Shown: positions 1-9,459, counted from the stretch's first letter. The stretch: DNA of 64,000 nt from Candidatus Cloacimonadales bacterium (GCA_963662585.1 OY759729.1:1376001-1440000), one strand, 5' to 3'. The notes: a model not told the origin generated them from the letters alone. A program made the numbers and translations.

Positions 1-1
1 C

Positions 2-751
2 TCCTGTTATCATGAAATAATTTCATCTTATATTGAAGAAGGGACTCAGATGTTAACTCAAGAGATTATGGAAAAATCCACTTTGATAGATCCAACTAAC
101 CATTATAGTAAGTATGCTGAAGAATTTCTCCTTTATGTGCTAAATGGTAGGAAGTCAAATGCTTCAGAGCTTATACTATCTTTAGTTAAGAATGGTGTAT
201 CTATCAAGAAAATATATATCGATATATTACAACAAGTTCAATATGAAATTGGTCATCTATGGCAAACAAATAAAATTAGTATTGCCCAAGAACATTATGC
301 CACTAGTGTAACACAATTAGTAATTTCCCAAATGTACCCTTATCTTTTTACTGGGAAACATAAGAATAAAGTTCTTTTAACTTCTTGTGTTAGTGGAGAA
401 TTACATGAAATAGGATTAAGAATGCTTACAGATATTTTTGAGATCGAGGGCTGGGATACTTGGTATTTGGGGGCAAATCTACCTGATGAATCAATTATTG
501 AAATGGTTAAAGAAAAGAAACCAGATATTATCGCCTTATCTGTTACTGTAATGTTCTATTTAGAAAAGCTTAAGAGTTTGATTGAAGAAATCAGAAAAGC
601 AGGAATTACTACTCCAATAATGGTAGGAGGATATCCATTTATCAATGATAAGCATTTATGGAAAAAGATTGGAGCAGATGGCTGGGCAATAGATCCCGAA
701 AGAGCACTTAATGTTGCAGATAAATTAATCAAAACTGCAGGAAGTGAATAA
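2..751 (+). CDS. Cobalamin (B12)-binding domain protein, CarH/MtbC-like; 5' end lies outside the window
   Basis: ExHxxG motif (GELHEIG), Wx9EH motif (WQTNKISIAQEH), Rossmann B12 segments IIALSVT, IMVGG, GADGW. The frame is open from base 2 up to the ATG at 50, so the gene probably starts upstream. Confidence 0.85.
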   Translation, partial: SCYHEIISSYIEEGTQMLTQEIMEKSTLIDPTNHYSKYAEEFLLYVLNGRKSNASELILSLVKNGVSIKKIYIDILQQVQYEIGHLWQTNKISIAQEHYATSVTQLVISQMYPYLFTGKHKNKVLLTSCVSGELHEIGLRMLTDIFEIEGWDTWYLGANLPDESIIEMVKEKKPDIIALSVTVMFYLEKLKSLIEEIRKAGITTPIMVGGYPFINDKHLWKKIGADGWAIDPERALNVADKLIKTAGSE

Positions 752-1943
752 TATGAGAAAAATCTTACTAGCCTTAAATTGTGATCTCACAGGAGTAATA
801 ACAGAAGTAGTTATTAATAAAATATCAAATTATCAAATCAAGATAGGGACTACTTTTGTGGAATTGTTTGATAAAGCAAATTACGAAAAAGCTCAGATAT
901 TTTTTCTTCAATCAGTCAAGTTAGAGGATAGTTTATATGATGAACAAGAATTATTACTACCAACAAGAAATGATACTTTTTTATTATATTTTAAAGGACT
1001 CTTAATTGGTGAGCAGAATTTAATTATTGCTGAAAGTGAAGAGAAAGATTATTTAAATCTTTTTGGAACATTAACCAGCATAAATAATGAGTTAAACAAT
1101 GTTCTAAGAAGTTTGTATAAAACTACTCTTGATAGTCAATCCAGTAGCTTGAAAAGCGATAAAATGCTCTCAGATTTTTCCAAATTAAACAATGAATTAA
1201 TTGAAACTCAAAATATTCTAAAAGTTAAGAATCTTGAGTTATCTAAAATCAATGATTTAAAGAACAAGTTAGTTGGTGTAGCAGCACATGATTTGAGAAA
1301 TCCCATTTCTTTAGTCTATAGCTATAGCCAGTTGCTTCTAGAAGATTACCTTGATAAAGAAAATGAAGAAGCCCAAGAGTTTATAGGAATAATTAATTCA
1401 ACATCAAAATTCATGTTATCTTTAGTTGAAGATCTGCTTGATTTATCCTATTTAGAATCAGGTGAAGTTATTTTAAAACTAGAAGTTTGTGATTTTAAAG
1501 CCATTTTCTGTGAGAATATAAATTTTGCTAGTACTTTAGGAGCTAAAAAAGGAATTAGAATTGTCTCAGAAAATCCTATAGCAAGTATTTATGTGAACAT
1601 CGACAAAAACAAGATTCAACAAGTAATAAATAATTTTGTTAGTAATGCAATAAAATATTCACACCCTAATTCTACTATTTATATTTCTTGTTATCTAAAA
1701 AATGATGAGTTAATTTTCTGCTGTAGAGATGAAGGTTTTGGTATAAGCTCAAATGAGTTTGAAATAGTATTCGAACCTTTCAAAAAAGCAAAGTCGAGTC
1801 AATACATCAAAGAACAATCAACAGGTTTAGGTTTAGCAATTTCCAAACAAATCATTAAAGCCCATAATGGTAAAATTTGGTTAGAGAGTCAAGTTGATAA
1901 AGGCTCTACTTTCTATTTTTCACTACCATTACATAAAGAATAA
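744..1943 (+). CDS. Soluble sensor histidine kinase (HisKA + HATPase_c)
   Basis: H-box AAHDLRNP, N-box NFVSNAIKYS, G1 DEGFG, G2 GLGLAIS; no transmembrane segment. The GTG start overlaps the upstream stop; ATG at 753 is an alternative start. Confidence 0.9.
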   Translation: MNNMRKILLALNCDLTGVITEVVINKISNYQIKIGTTFVELFDKANYEKAQIFFLQSVKLEDSLYDEQELLLPTRNDTFLLYFKGLLIGEQNLIIAESEEKDYLNLFGTLTSINNELNNVLRSLYKTTLDSQSSSLKSDKMLSDFSKLNNELIETQNILKVKNLELSKINDLKNKLVGVAAHDLRNPISLVYSYSQLLLEDYLDKENEEAQEFIGIINSTSKFMLSLVEDLLDLSYLESGEVILKLEVCDFKAIFCENINFASTLGAKKGIRIVSENPIASIYVNIDKNKIQQVINNFVSNAIKYSHPNSTIYISCYLKNDELIFCCRDEGFGISSNEFEIVFEPFKKAKSSQYIKEQSTGLGLAISKQIIKAHNGKIWLESQVDKGSTFYFSLPLHKE

Positions 1944-1968
1944 CTTATTTTTGAATTTTTGCAGAATG

Positions 1969-2000
1969 AAATCAAGCCCTACTCTTGCAGGGCTTGATTT
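1969..2000 (-). terminator. Intrinsic terminator between convergent genes, possibly bidirectional
   Basis: AAATCAAGCCCT...AGGGCTTGATTT 12-bp inverted repeat, extended by a G-U pair on the minus strand. Confidence 0.75.
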
Positions 2001-2061
2001 ATATTTATTAGTAACTTATCTCTAAATACTTCATTTTTTTGCACTTTATTAAGGTAAAAGT

Positions 2062-3321
2062 TTATTCTCCTCCCATACCAAAACTAAAGGTGAGAATTGT
2101 CTGTTCATTAGTGAAGTTATAGGCTACTCCGAATCCCAAAGCAGGAATAGCTACTTTATCAAAATATATTTTTAGTTCACTTCCAATCCCGTGATATTTC
2201 TCATTAAGTCCGTCATTATGATAATATCCTCCTTCATAGTAGTAGGAAAGAGTAGGATTTAGTTTATGTTGACTAATTAAAGTGTGTTCTACAATAAAAG
2301 CTCCATTGATCCAATCATCAGCCCAAATTTTCATATTAGGAAGAGATTTTGTCCCATGATAGGTGCTTAAGACATCTTCAGCATTATCAGGTCTATCGAA
2401 TAAGCCAATAGTGTTTTTGACTTTAAAATTAATCTTGGAATCGTAAGTTTGGGAATAAGATAATTTGGTGTAAGAACGGAAGAAATCATCATAATTATCA
2501 TCTAAAGAAAAAACTCGAGAAGTTAGAGATTCGGCTTGAAATCCATCTCTAAAGAGAAAGTTCTGGCTAGTATTATCATACTTTACTAATAAACCAGGGT
2601 AGAGTAAATTTGCGTCTTTTTCCAAATTACCCTCTTCATTATCCATTTTGATTTTTTGCCACTCCATATCAGGCCCAATAGTAAGTTTCTTATCAAGGAA
2701 TTTCTTCCCAATGCTTGCCCCAAAATTTATTGTTTTCTGCTTACTCTCATAATAGGCAGGGTTTTCAAAAATATCGCTCATTTCAATTTCATTAGTACGA
2801 TAATTAATTATTAATTTACCTGAATATTCATTATTGAGCATTTCGTCTTGAGTTAGAAGGATGAAAGTTGTAATATCATTTTTACCAAAAGCTCCAACTC
2901 CAAGCAAGGTTGCCCCGTATCCCCAGAAATTACTATCTAAGGCAGCTCCACCATACATTTTATCTCCATCAACCGAATTAAAGAAAGGAACAGCAAAGAG
3001 GGAGAATTTTTCTGCTACAGTAATTATCATAACTGCTTCATTTTCAGTTGGGAAAAATTCAACTACCTTATCTAAGGCAAAAATCTTTTTATCATCAATT
3101 CTTTTATAGATATTTTGCACATCATATTCTGATATGAAATTATCATTACTTATTCCTATCCATTTGATGAATGTTTTTTCTGTAGTTCTTCTAAGTCCAT
3201 TTACTGTTATTTCAGTTACTTTCCTATCTCCATATTGTTCAATAAATTGTTTTTGTTCAAGAGCAAAATTACTTATTGCAATTAAGGATAGCAGTAACAT
3301 TAAAATTATCTTTTTTGACAT
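2062..3321 (-). CDS. Omp85/BamA-TamA-like outer-membrane protein with a single POTRA domain
   Basis: Signal peptide; POTRA-like VTEITVNGLRRT...ITVAEK; DSNFWGYG barrel start; alternating beta-strand pattern; C-terminal FSFGM. Confidence 0.7.
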   Translation of the reverse strand: MSKKIILMLLLSLIAISNFALEQKQFIEQYGDRKVTEITVNGLRRTTEKTFIKWIGISNDNFISEYDVQNIYKRIDDKKIFALDKVVEFFPTENEAVMIITVAEKFSLFAVPFFNSVDGDKMYGGAALDSNFWGYGATLLGVGAFGKNDITTFILLTQDEMLNNEYSGKLIINYRTNEIEMSDIFENPAYYESKQKTINFGASIGKKFLDKKLTIGPDMEWQKIKMDNEEGNLEKDANLLYPGLLVKYDNTSQNFLFRDGFQAESLTSRVFSLDDNYDDFFRSYTKLSYSQTYDSKINFKVKNTIGLFDRPDNAEDVLSTYHGTKSLPNMKIWADDWINGAFIVEHTLISQHKLNPTLSYYYEGGYYHNDGLNEKYHGIGSELKIYFDKVAIPALGFGVAYNFTNEQTILTFSFGMGGE

Positions 3322-3495
3322 TTAAACCTCTTTTATTAATAATTTCGTCATATTTTTTTGTTATTCATTACCGTCAAGATTTTGTTAAACCTACAATATA
3401 AAATAATAAAGCATTAGTATCAGTTTCCAAATTATTATTGATATATTTTTTAATTGACATATTATACATCGATTTTAAATTTATAAAAAACATAT

Positions 3496-3667
3496 TTTAA
3501 CCTGAATGCTGCAGTAGAGCTTTACAGAAGAGTGCAGATTCTTTTAGATAAAGGTTTTACAGAATTTATCAGCCTATAATATATATACTCTGAGAAATTA
3601 TGTAAAATGCTTTAGCAAATGAATATAGTGCTATTCTAAAAGATCTACTGCATTATTTGGGTTTAAA
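3496..3667 (+). other. ~170-nt rod-like imperfect hairpin (candidate ncRNA or structured 5' leader)
   Basis: Nested complementary blocks CCTGAATG/TATTTGGG, TGCAGTAGA/TCTACTGCA, AGTGC/GTGCT, TTTTACA/TGTAAAA, AATTT/AAATT, TCAG/CTGA; TTGACA at 3454 upstream. Confidence 0.5.
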
Positions 3668-3675
3668 GGGATATT

Positions 3676-5070
3676 ATGAAAAAAGTGCTGATTATTGATG
3701 ATAACAGAGATATTCATACTGTTTTAGAAGGCTTATTAAGTTCTAATAAGAACTTAAGTTTTTTTCATGCTTATAACGGTATGGAAGGATATCATAAATT
3801 ACAGCAAATAGAACCTGACTTAGCAATTCTAGACAACCAGATGCCAGTAATGTCGGGCTTTGAACTATTAGAAAAATTGCAAAGGGAGAATAAGAAATTC
3901 CCTATTATAATGCTAACTGCCTTTGGTCAGATTTCTGATGCTGTTCAGGCAATTAAATTAGGAGCAATTGATTATCTTACTAAGCCTTTTAATGATGAAC
4001 AATTTAATCTCATTATTAATAAAGCCCTTAAAATCGGTAGTCTTAAAATTAAATCAAAACAGGTTAATAACTATAATTCAGTCCAGCAAGCTAATCACAC
4101 TAAATATAATATTATCGGTGAAAGTAGAGTCTTTAAAGAACTACTTAAGAATGCTCAACTAGTGGCTCCTACAGATATTACAGTTATTGTTAATGGAAGT
4201 AATGGTACAGGGAAAGAGGAGATAGCTAAGTATATTCACTATAATAGTGAGAGGAGTAATAGACCATTTATAGCAATAGATTGTGGAGCAATTCCTGAGA
4301 ATCTGTTTGAAAGAGAGATGTTTGGCGCTGTTAAAGGTGCTTATACAGGAGCAGACTCAGATTCTACGGGTTTCTTTGAAGCTGCTAATGGTGGAACAAT
4401 CTTTATGGATGAAATTGGTAATCTGCCAACTTCGGCTCAATCTTCTTTGCTAAGAGTATTACAGAATAAAGTTTTTCGCCGAGTAGGTGGATTAGAAGAG
4501 CTTACTGCTGATGTTAGATTAATTTCAGCGACCAATGCTAAGCTCCTTGATGAAGTAAGTAAAGGACATTTTAGGGAAGATCTCTTTCACAGAATTAACG
4601 GTTTTGATTTAACTATTCCTGATTTAAAAGATAGAAAAGAAGATATCCCCCTTTTGGTAAATTATTTTATTACTAAATTCAATGCAGAATTAAAACGCAA
4701 TGTTCAGCAAATTTCCCCTGAAGCTAGTGAGATATTAAAGAATCATGCTTGGACTGGTAATATCAGAGAGCTTATTAATACTATTCAAAAAGCTGTATTA
4801 CTTTGCTCTAATTCAACCCTTAAACCAAAACATCTTAATATTACTCCTTCAGAAGAAATAAAAGATTTTAAAAAAGAGAGCGATTTTATCAATGATATCA
4901 TCAATAAACCTATCTCCATTGCAAAGAAGATAGAAATCTTTGAGAAAGAGGTAATTAAAAGAGCGGTTGAAGAAAATAATGGTAATAAAACTTCTACGGC
5001 GAATTGGCTGAAGATTAGCCGAAAAACCCTTTATGAGAAGTTAAAGAAGTTTGGTCTTTTTGGAGAATGA
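3676..5070 (+). CDS. NtrC/AtoC-family sigma54-dependent response regulator (REC-AAA+-Fis HTH)
   Basis: REC domain (IIDD, LDNQMP, KPF); Walker A GSNGTGKE; GAYTGA; Walker B MDEIG; FREDLFHR; C-terminal ISRKTLYEKL HTH. Confidence 0.93.
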   Translation: MKKVLIIDDNRDIHTVLEGLLSSNKNLSFFHAYNGMEGYHKLQQIEPDLAILDNQMPVMSGFELLEKLQRENKKFPIIMLTAFGQISDAVQAIKLGAIDYLTKPFNDEQFNLIINKALKIGSLKIKSKQVNNYNSVQQANHTKYNIIGESRVFKELLKNAQLVAPTDITVIVNGSNGTGKEEIAKYIHYNSERSNRPFIAIDCGAIPENLFEREMFGAVKGAYTGADSDSTGFFEAANGGTIFMDEIGNLPTSAQSSLLRVLQNKVFRRVGGLEELTADVRLISATNAKLLDEVSKGHFREDLFHRINGFDLTIPDLKDRKEDIPLLVNYFITKFNAELKRNVQQISPEASEILKNHAWTGNIRELINTIQKAVLLCSNSTLKPKHLNITPSEEIKDFKKESDFINDIINKPISIAKKIEIFEKEVIKRAVEENNGNKTSTANWLKISRKTLYEKLKKFGLFGE

Positions 5071-5145
5071 TTCTTTATTATCCAAATAAGTCAGTAGCTT
5101 TCAACCAAGTCTCACAGTTAAATATAAACTAAATAATTAAATGAA

Positions 5146-5173
5146 TTGACTTATTCTTTATAAAATATTTAAT
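5146..5173 (+). promoter_or_regulatory. Putative sigma70 promoter of rho
   Basis: TTGACT-N16-TTTAAT. Confidence 0.35.
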
Positions 5174-5396
5174 GACACTATACAATATTATTTGATTCTA
5201 AGCAAAAAGAATAATTACCAAAAGGTGAGCAATTTTAATATTCCCCCGAGAAGAAATTTCTAGGGTATATATTTGTTAGAATAATTTTGTAATAATTTTT
5301 AGTGTTTATGATTTTCTTAATCTCCAAATTAATAAAAATGACAGGTATTCAATAATATCTAAACACTTATCAATCAAAAAAGAAGGTAAAATATTT

Positions 5397-6455
5397 ATGA
5401 ATGATACATTCACAGGAATATTAATCAAGAGAAAACCAGTTTCTAAAATAGTTACTCCTGATGATATAAATAATAGAAATCCTATAACTATTTCTAGTAA
5501 GTTAGTGAATAAGTTAAGACTAGAACATGGTTTAAGAATGACAGTTACTTACAAAACTGTAAAAGGAACTAAAGTAGTTGATGAAATCTTAGAGATTTGT
5601 GGGAAAAAACCTGAAGTATATTATGAAAGAAGAGAACTCAGCAGTTACACTGTTATAAATCCTGAAGATAAATTCTCTTTTCACAAAAGTAGTTTCAACT
5701 CTCTCAGATTAATAGATAAATTTTCTCCAATTGCTAGAGGATCTCGTGCTTTAATAGTCTCTCCCCCTCGTTCAGGTAAAACAACTCTCCTTAAAGAACT
5801 AGCTCAAGATTTCAACAGAAACTACCCTAATGTTCTTCCTATTGTTGTCTTGGTTGATGAAAGACCAGAGGAAATTACTGATTTTAGAAGAGAAACAAAT
5901 GCTATAGTTCTTGCAAGTAGCAATGACCAAAATCTCGGAGCTCATGTATTCATTACTTCCTTGGCTATGAGTATTGCTAAAAATGAGTTAGAATGTGGTA
6001 ATGAAGTCGTATTCTTAGTTGATAGCTTGACTCGTATTGGTAGAGTTTATAACCTTAATCATAAAGGTAATGGAAAAGTTATGAGCGGTGGAATTACTGC
6101 TGGTGCTTTAGAAATTCCTCGTAAATTCTTTGGCTTAGCTCGTAATATCGAAAACGGGGGTTCTCTCTCAATTATTGCAACTATCTTAGTTGATACAGGT
6201 TCTCGTATGGATCAGCTTATCTTTGAAGAGTTTAAAGGAACAGGTAACTGCGAGATTATTCTTGATCGTGAGATAGCAGACAATAGAATCTTCCCTGCAA
6301 TTGATATCCTTCATAGCGGTACCAGAAGAGATGAACTCTTCTATGATGCTGAAGAGTATGAAAGAATTAATCAATATAGAAGAACACTTCTTCAAAAAGA
6401 TAAAGTAGCTGCTATTAAAGATGCAATTAATACTGTTGAAAAAGAGATGTTATAA
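5397..6455 (+). CDS. rho: Transcription termination factor Rho (short, divergent N-terminus)
   Basis: SPPRSGKTT, DERPEE, DSLTR, ARNIENGGSL, DTGSRMD, FEEFKGTGN, FPAID, SGTRRDEL. Confidence 0.92.
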   Translation: MNDTFTGILIKRKPVSKIVTPDDINNRNPITISSKLVNKLRLEHGLRMTVTYKTVKGTKVVDEILEICGKKPEVYYERRELSSYTVINPEDKFSFHKSSFNSLRLIDKFSPIARGSRALIVSPPRSGKTTLLKELAQDFNRNYPNVLPIVVLVDERPEEITDFRRETNAIVLASSNDQNLGAHVFITSLAMSIAKNELECGNEVVFLVDSLTRIGRVYNLNHKGNGKVMSGGITAGALEIPRKFFGLARNIENGGSLSIIATILVDTGSRMDQLIFEEFKGTGNCEIILDREIADNRIFPAIDILHSGTRRDELFYDAEEYERINQYRRTLLQKDKVAAIKDAINTVEKEML

Positions 6456-6498
6456 TTTACTTAAGGACTAAGTAAAATTATAAATTAAATATATACTG

Positions 6499-6542
6499 TT
6501 AACTCCCCTTTCAAATCTTTTTTGAGCTGAAAGGGGAGTTAA
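6499..6542 (+). terminator. Strong hairpin after rho, between convergent genes
   Basis: TTAACTCCCCTTTCA / TGAAAGGGGAGTTAA 15-bp stem followed by T-rich sequence. Confidence 0.75.
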
Positions 6543-6786
6543 TTTATTGCTTTTTTTTTCGAAAAAAAGGCACTCTTTCAAGTAAAGTGGATCTTAGAAG
6601 AAAAAGTAATATGGCAAGGGACTTCGGGCGAAAGAAAGTTGCCCAACAATTACCTAAGCTACAGAGGCAGTGACACAGGATAGTGAACACCTTCTTCGCT
6701 TCACTGCGATAGCAATGAGAAAGCTTGACTCTGTGATAAGAGTCATCTTCCTAGTGAAATTCGTGTAATTCATGCTTAGCTTTTTC

Positions 6787-7044
6787 TCATCCAATCTTAA
6801 TTTTCTCTATTGTTCCATTATTTAATTTAAGGGCTATTTTACCACTTATTCTATTCCAGTAACCTAATTCTTTTTGGCAGTTAGGGCATAGTATTTTATC
6901 TAATAGTTCTATGTTCTCGATATCAATGTTGGAGTCTATTATATTATCACGAAAACATTTGATAAGAGTTCCACTCCCGGATTTCCTATATTTGAATAAG
7001 GTGAATCCACATTTGCAAATAACATCTACTGTTTTTGTTTTCAT
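6787..7044 (-). CDS. Small putative zinc-ribbon protein
   Basis: CKC ... CPNC cysteine pairs; AGGAG RBS. Confidence 0.65.
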   Translation of the reverse strand: MKTKTVDVICKCGFTLFKYRKSGSGTLIKCFRDNIIDSNIDIENIELLDKILCPNCQKELGYWNRISGKIALKLNNGTIEKIKIG

Positions 7045-7142
7045 AATTTAGCTCCTAAATTGTTTGGCTGATTTTTTGGAATTCTTTTATTGTTTCCTGT
7101 TTCTCCGCTAACGCTTTGAACCATTCTTGTTGGGTATAATTT

Positions 7143-7190
7143 CAAGGGGCTTACACCTCTTGCTGACTAATACCATCCCATTGGGATTTA
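7143..7190. repeat. REP-like double hairpin (CAAGGGG..CCTCTTG; ATCCCAnTGGGAT)
   Basis: Related terminal ATCCCnnnGGGAT hairpins recur at about 48824, 49000 and 51303. Confidence 0.55.
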
Positions 7191-7212
7191 AATTATGGAG
7201 TGGAAGCACCCC

Positions 7213-7322
7213 TAACTGGGAACGCAGGCATCTTGCCTGCACCCAGCATGAAATGCTGGGTAATCTTAAGTAGTCCAGCACCAAAGTGCTGGACGCGGGC
7301 TGGAATCCCGCATTCCCAGTTA
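7213..7322. repeat. GC-rich REP/REPIN-like multi-hairpin element
   Basis: Outer stem TAACTGGGAA/TTCCCAGTTA encloses four hairpins; related copy at 33493-33559. Confidence 0.7.
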
Positions 7323-7343
7323 AGAAGTCCTCATCACATTCTA

Positions 7344-7375
7344 AATTCTTAATTCTTAATTCTCAATTCTCAATT
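7344..7375. repeat. Heptamer tandem repeat (AATTCTY)x4.5
   Basis: AATTCTT AATTCTT AATTCTC AATTCTC AATT immediately after the recG stop. Confidence 0.8.
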
Positions 7376-7377
7376 TC

Positions 7378-9459
7378 TTAATATCTTATCATCTTTTCTC
7401 TATCAAAGAACTTCTTAAAGTAATATTCTCTTACCAATTTATTCTCAGCTTTTTCTAAGTGGGGGTCATCCTCGATAATTTTAAATGCCACTTCTCTGGC
7501 GACTAAAAGAATCTTCTGATCATTAATAATAGAGGCAAACTTAAACTTAGGCATTCCTGATTGTTCTTTACCGAAGAAGTCTCCCGGACCTCGTAATTCC
7601 AGATCTTTTTCCGCAATGAGAAAACCATCATTAGTAGAAGTCATGGTTTGTAAGCGTTCTCTTCCTTCAGCACTAATCGGAGGGTAGCTTATAAGGTAGC
7701 AAAAAGCTTCATCTGAGCCTCTTCCTACTCTACCTCTCAGTTGATGTATCTGACTTAGCCCAAATCTCTCAGCATGCTCAATCATCATCACAGAGGCATT
7801 AGGAACATCAACCCCTACTTCGATTACAGTGGTTGAGACTAGAATGTCATATTCATAATTTTTATAGGCTAGCATAATTTCATCTTTTTCAGCACTTTTC
7901 ATTCTTCCATGTAGGAGAGCTATGCGATATTTAGGGAAAACTACCTCTTGCAAGCGTTGAAAAACAGTTTCAGCATCTTGTAGATCGATCTTCTCAGATT
8001 CCTCAACTAAAGGACAAACCACATAAGCCTGGCGTCCTTTCTGCAGTTCTTTTTCAATCTCTTGATAGACATGTTTCTTCTTAGCTTCCCCGTGCCAGAT
8101 AGTCTTTACAGGCTTGCGGGTAGGGGGAAGTTCATCAATTTGGGAAACATCTAAATCTCCATAAACAGTAAGAGCTAGGGAACGAGGAATTGGAGTGGCA
8201 GAGAGATATAACATGTCTGGAAAATTCATTTTTTGGGAAAGCTTAGCTCGCTGTTCTACTCCGAATCGATGTTGTTCATCTACTACTAAAAATCCTGCTT
8301 TATGAAACTCCACATCATCTTGAATAAGAGCGTGGGTGCCAATAATAATTTGAAATTTCCCCTCTTTAATTCCCTCTTTTATTTTTGCTTTTCCTTTATA
8401 GACTCCACCTTTTAGCAAGGCTATTTTAAGCTCAGGCTGATTGCTAAGATAATTACTTATTGTTTGAAAATGTTGCTCTGCCAGTATTTCAGTAGGAACC
8501 ATCATTATGGCTTGATAATTATTTTCTACTGCTAGAAGCATACAAAATAGCGTAACTATAGTTTTTCCTGAACCTACATCCCCTTGAATTAGTCGGTTCA
8601 TCTGCTTACTAGTTATCATATCTTGGACAATTTCATTAATAACTCTCTTTTGAGCCCCTGTTAAGTCATAAGGAAGGGAGTTTTTTAGAACTCTTGTGTA
8701 AGTATGATGAAGTTTAAATTCTATACCTTGGACGATTTTTTTATGCCTGAATTTAGTTCGAGCAAGTAAAATTTGAGTATAGAAGAGTTCTTCAAAAGCA
8801 AATCTCTTACGAGTTTGCAGAGCAGTAGCTTCAGCAGTAGCGAAGTGCATAATCTGCAGAGCAGAGCGTCTATCTTTTAGCTTAAATCTATTAAGTATAT
8901 TCTCAGGAAGATTCTCTTCTATAAAGTCAGAATATTCAGAAAAACAATTAAAAACAATCTTTCTGAGAGCATTATTGCTTAAATTACCTGTTAAGGGGTA
9001 GATTGGTAAAAGGGGACGGTTCTTCCAAAAGTCATCATCAACATTATCGCCATCAATGAATTCCATTTCCGGATGAACAATGTTAAATGAGTTCATAAAG
9101 ATAGAGACTTTCCCGCTTACCCAAACCTCTTTCCCTATTTGTGTTTTATCTTTTATCCATTTATTATATTGGAACCAGGTTAGCATTAAGGAGTCAGTAC
9201 CATCTGAAATAACTGCATGGAGTTTCTTCTTATTCTTACCATAAGCTTGTTCATAAACATCCATAATCTTTGCTACTAATGCAACATTAGTATCATTCTC
9301 TATTTCAGCAATCTTGACATTAGAATTTCTATCTATATAGGCTCTGGGAAAATACTCCATCACATCCAAAAATGTTTCAACACCTAATTTTTTAAGTAAT
9401 TTTGCTCTATATTCCCCGACACCTTTCAGAAACTTAACATCTCCCTCAATACTAACCAT
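7378..9459 (-). CDS. recG: ATP-dependent DNA helicase RecG
   Basis: LKGVG N-terminus, wedge domain, QGDVGSGKT, DEQHRFG, SATPIPR, HQLRGRVGR, DLELRGPG. Confidence 0.97.
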   Translation of the reverse strand: MVSIEGDVKFLKGVGEYRAKLLKKLGVETFLDVMEYFPRAYIDRNSNVKIAEIENDTNVALVAKIMDVYEQAYGKNKKKLHAVISDGTDSLMLTWFQYNKWIKDKTQIGKEVWVSGKVSIFMNSFNIVHPEMEFIDGDNVDDDFWKNRPLLPIYPLTGNLSNNALRKIVFNCFSEYSDFIEENLPENILNRFKLKDRRSALQIMHFATAEATALQTRKRFAFEELFYTQILLARTKFRHKKIVQGIEFKLHHTYTRVLKNSLPYDLTGAQKRVINEIVQDMITSKQMNRLIQGDVGSGKTIVTLFCMLLAVENNYQAIMMVPTEILAEQHFQTISNYLSNQPELKIALLKGGVYKGKAKIKEGIKEGKFQIIIGTHALIQDDVEFHKAGFLVVDEQHRFGVEQRAKLSQKMNFPDMLYLSATPIPRSLALTVYGDLDVSQIDELPPTRKPVKTIWHGEAKKKHVYQEIEKELQKGRQAYVVCPLVEESEKIDLQDAETVFQRLQEVVFPKYRIALLHGRMKSAEKDEIMLAYKNYEYDILVSTTVIEVGVDVPNASVMMIEHAERFGLSQIHQLRGRVGRGSDEAFCYLISYPPISAEGRERLQTMTSTNDGFLIAEKDLELRGPGDFFGKEQSGMPKFKFASIINDQKILLVAREVAFKIIEDDPHLEKAENKLVREYYFKKFFDREKMIRY

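Noticed and set aside
3525..3640. Lysine riboswitch suggested by AGAGTGC...GTGCTA
   Set aside because: Too short, lacks the loop-E and kink-turn motifs, folds better as a single rod, and the downstream gene is unrelated.
6612..6628. sigma54 promoter (TGGCA...)
   Set aside because: No GC at the -12 position. Other GGCA candidates checked (58152; 33000 minus strand) also fail.
7051..7140. Protein-like open stretch on the minus strand (NYTQQEWFKALAEKQ...)
   Set aside because: Begins right after a stop with no start codon or RBS and abuts a REP-like element.
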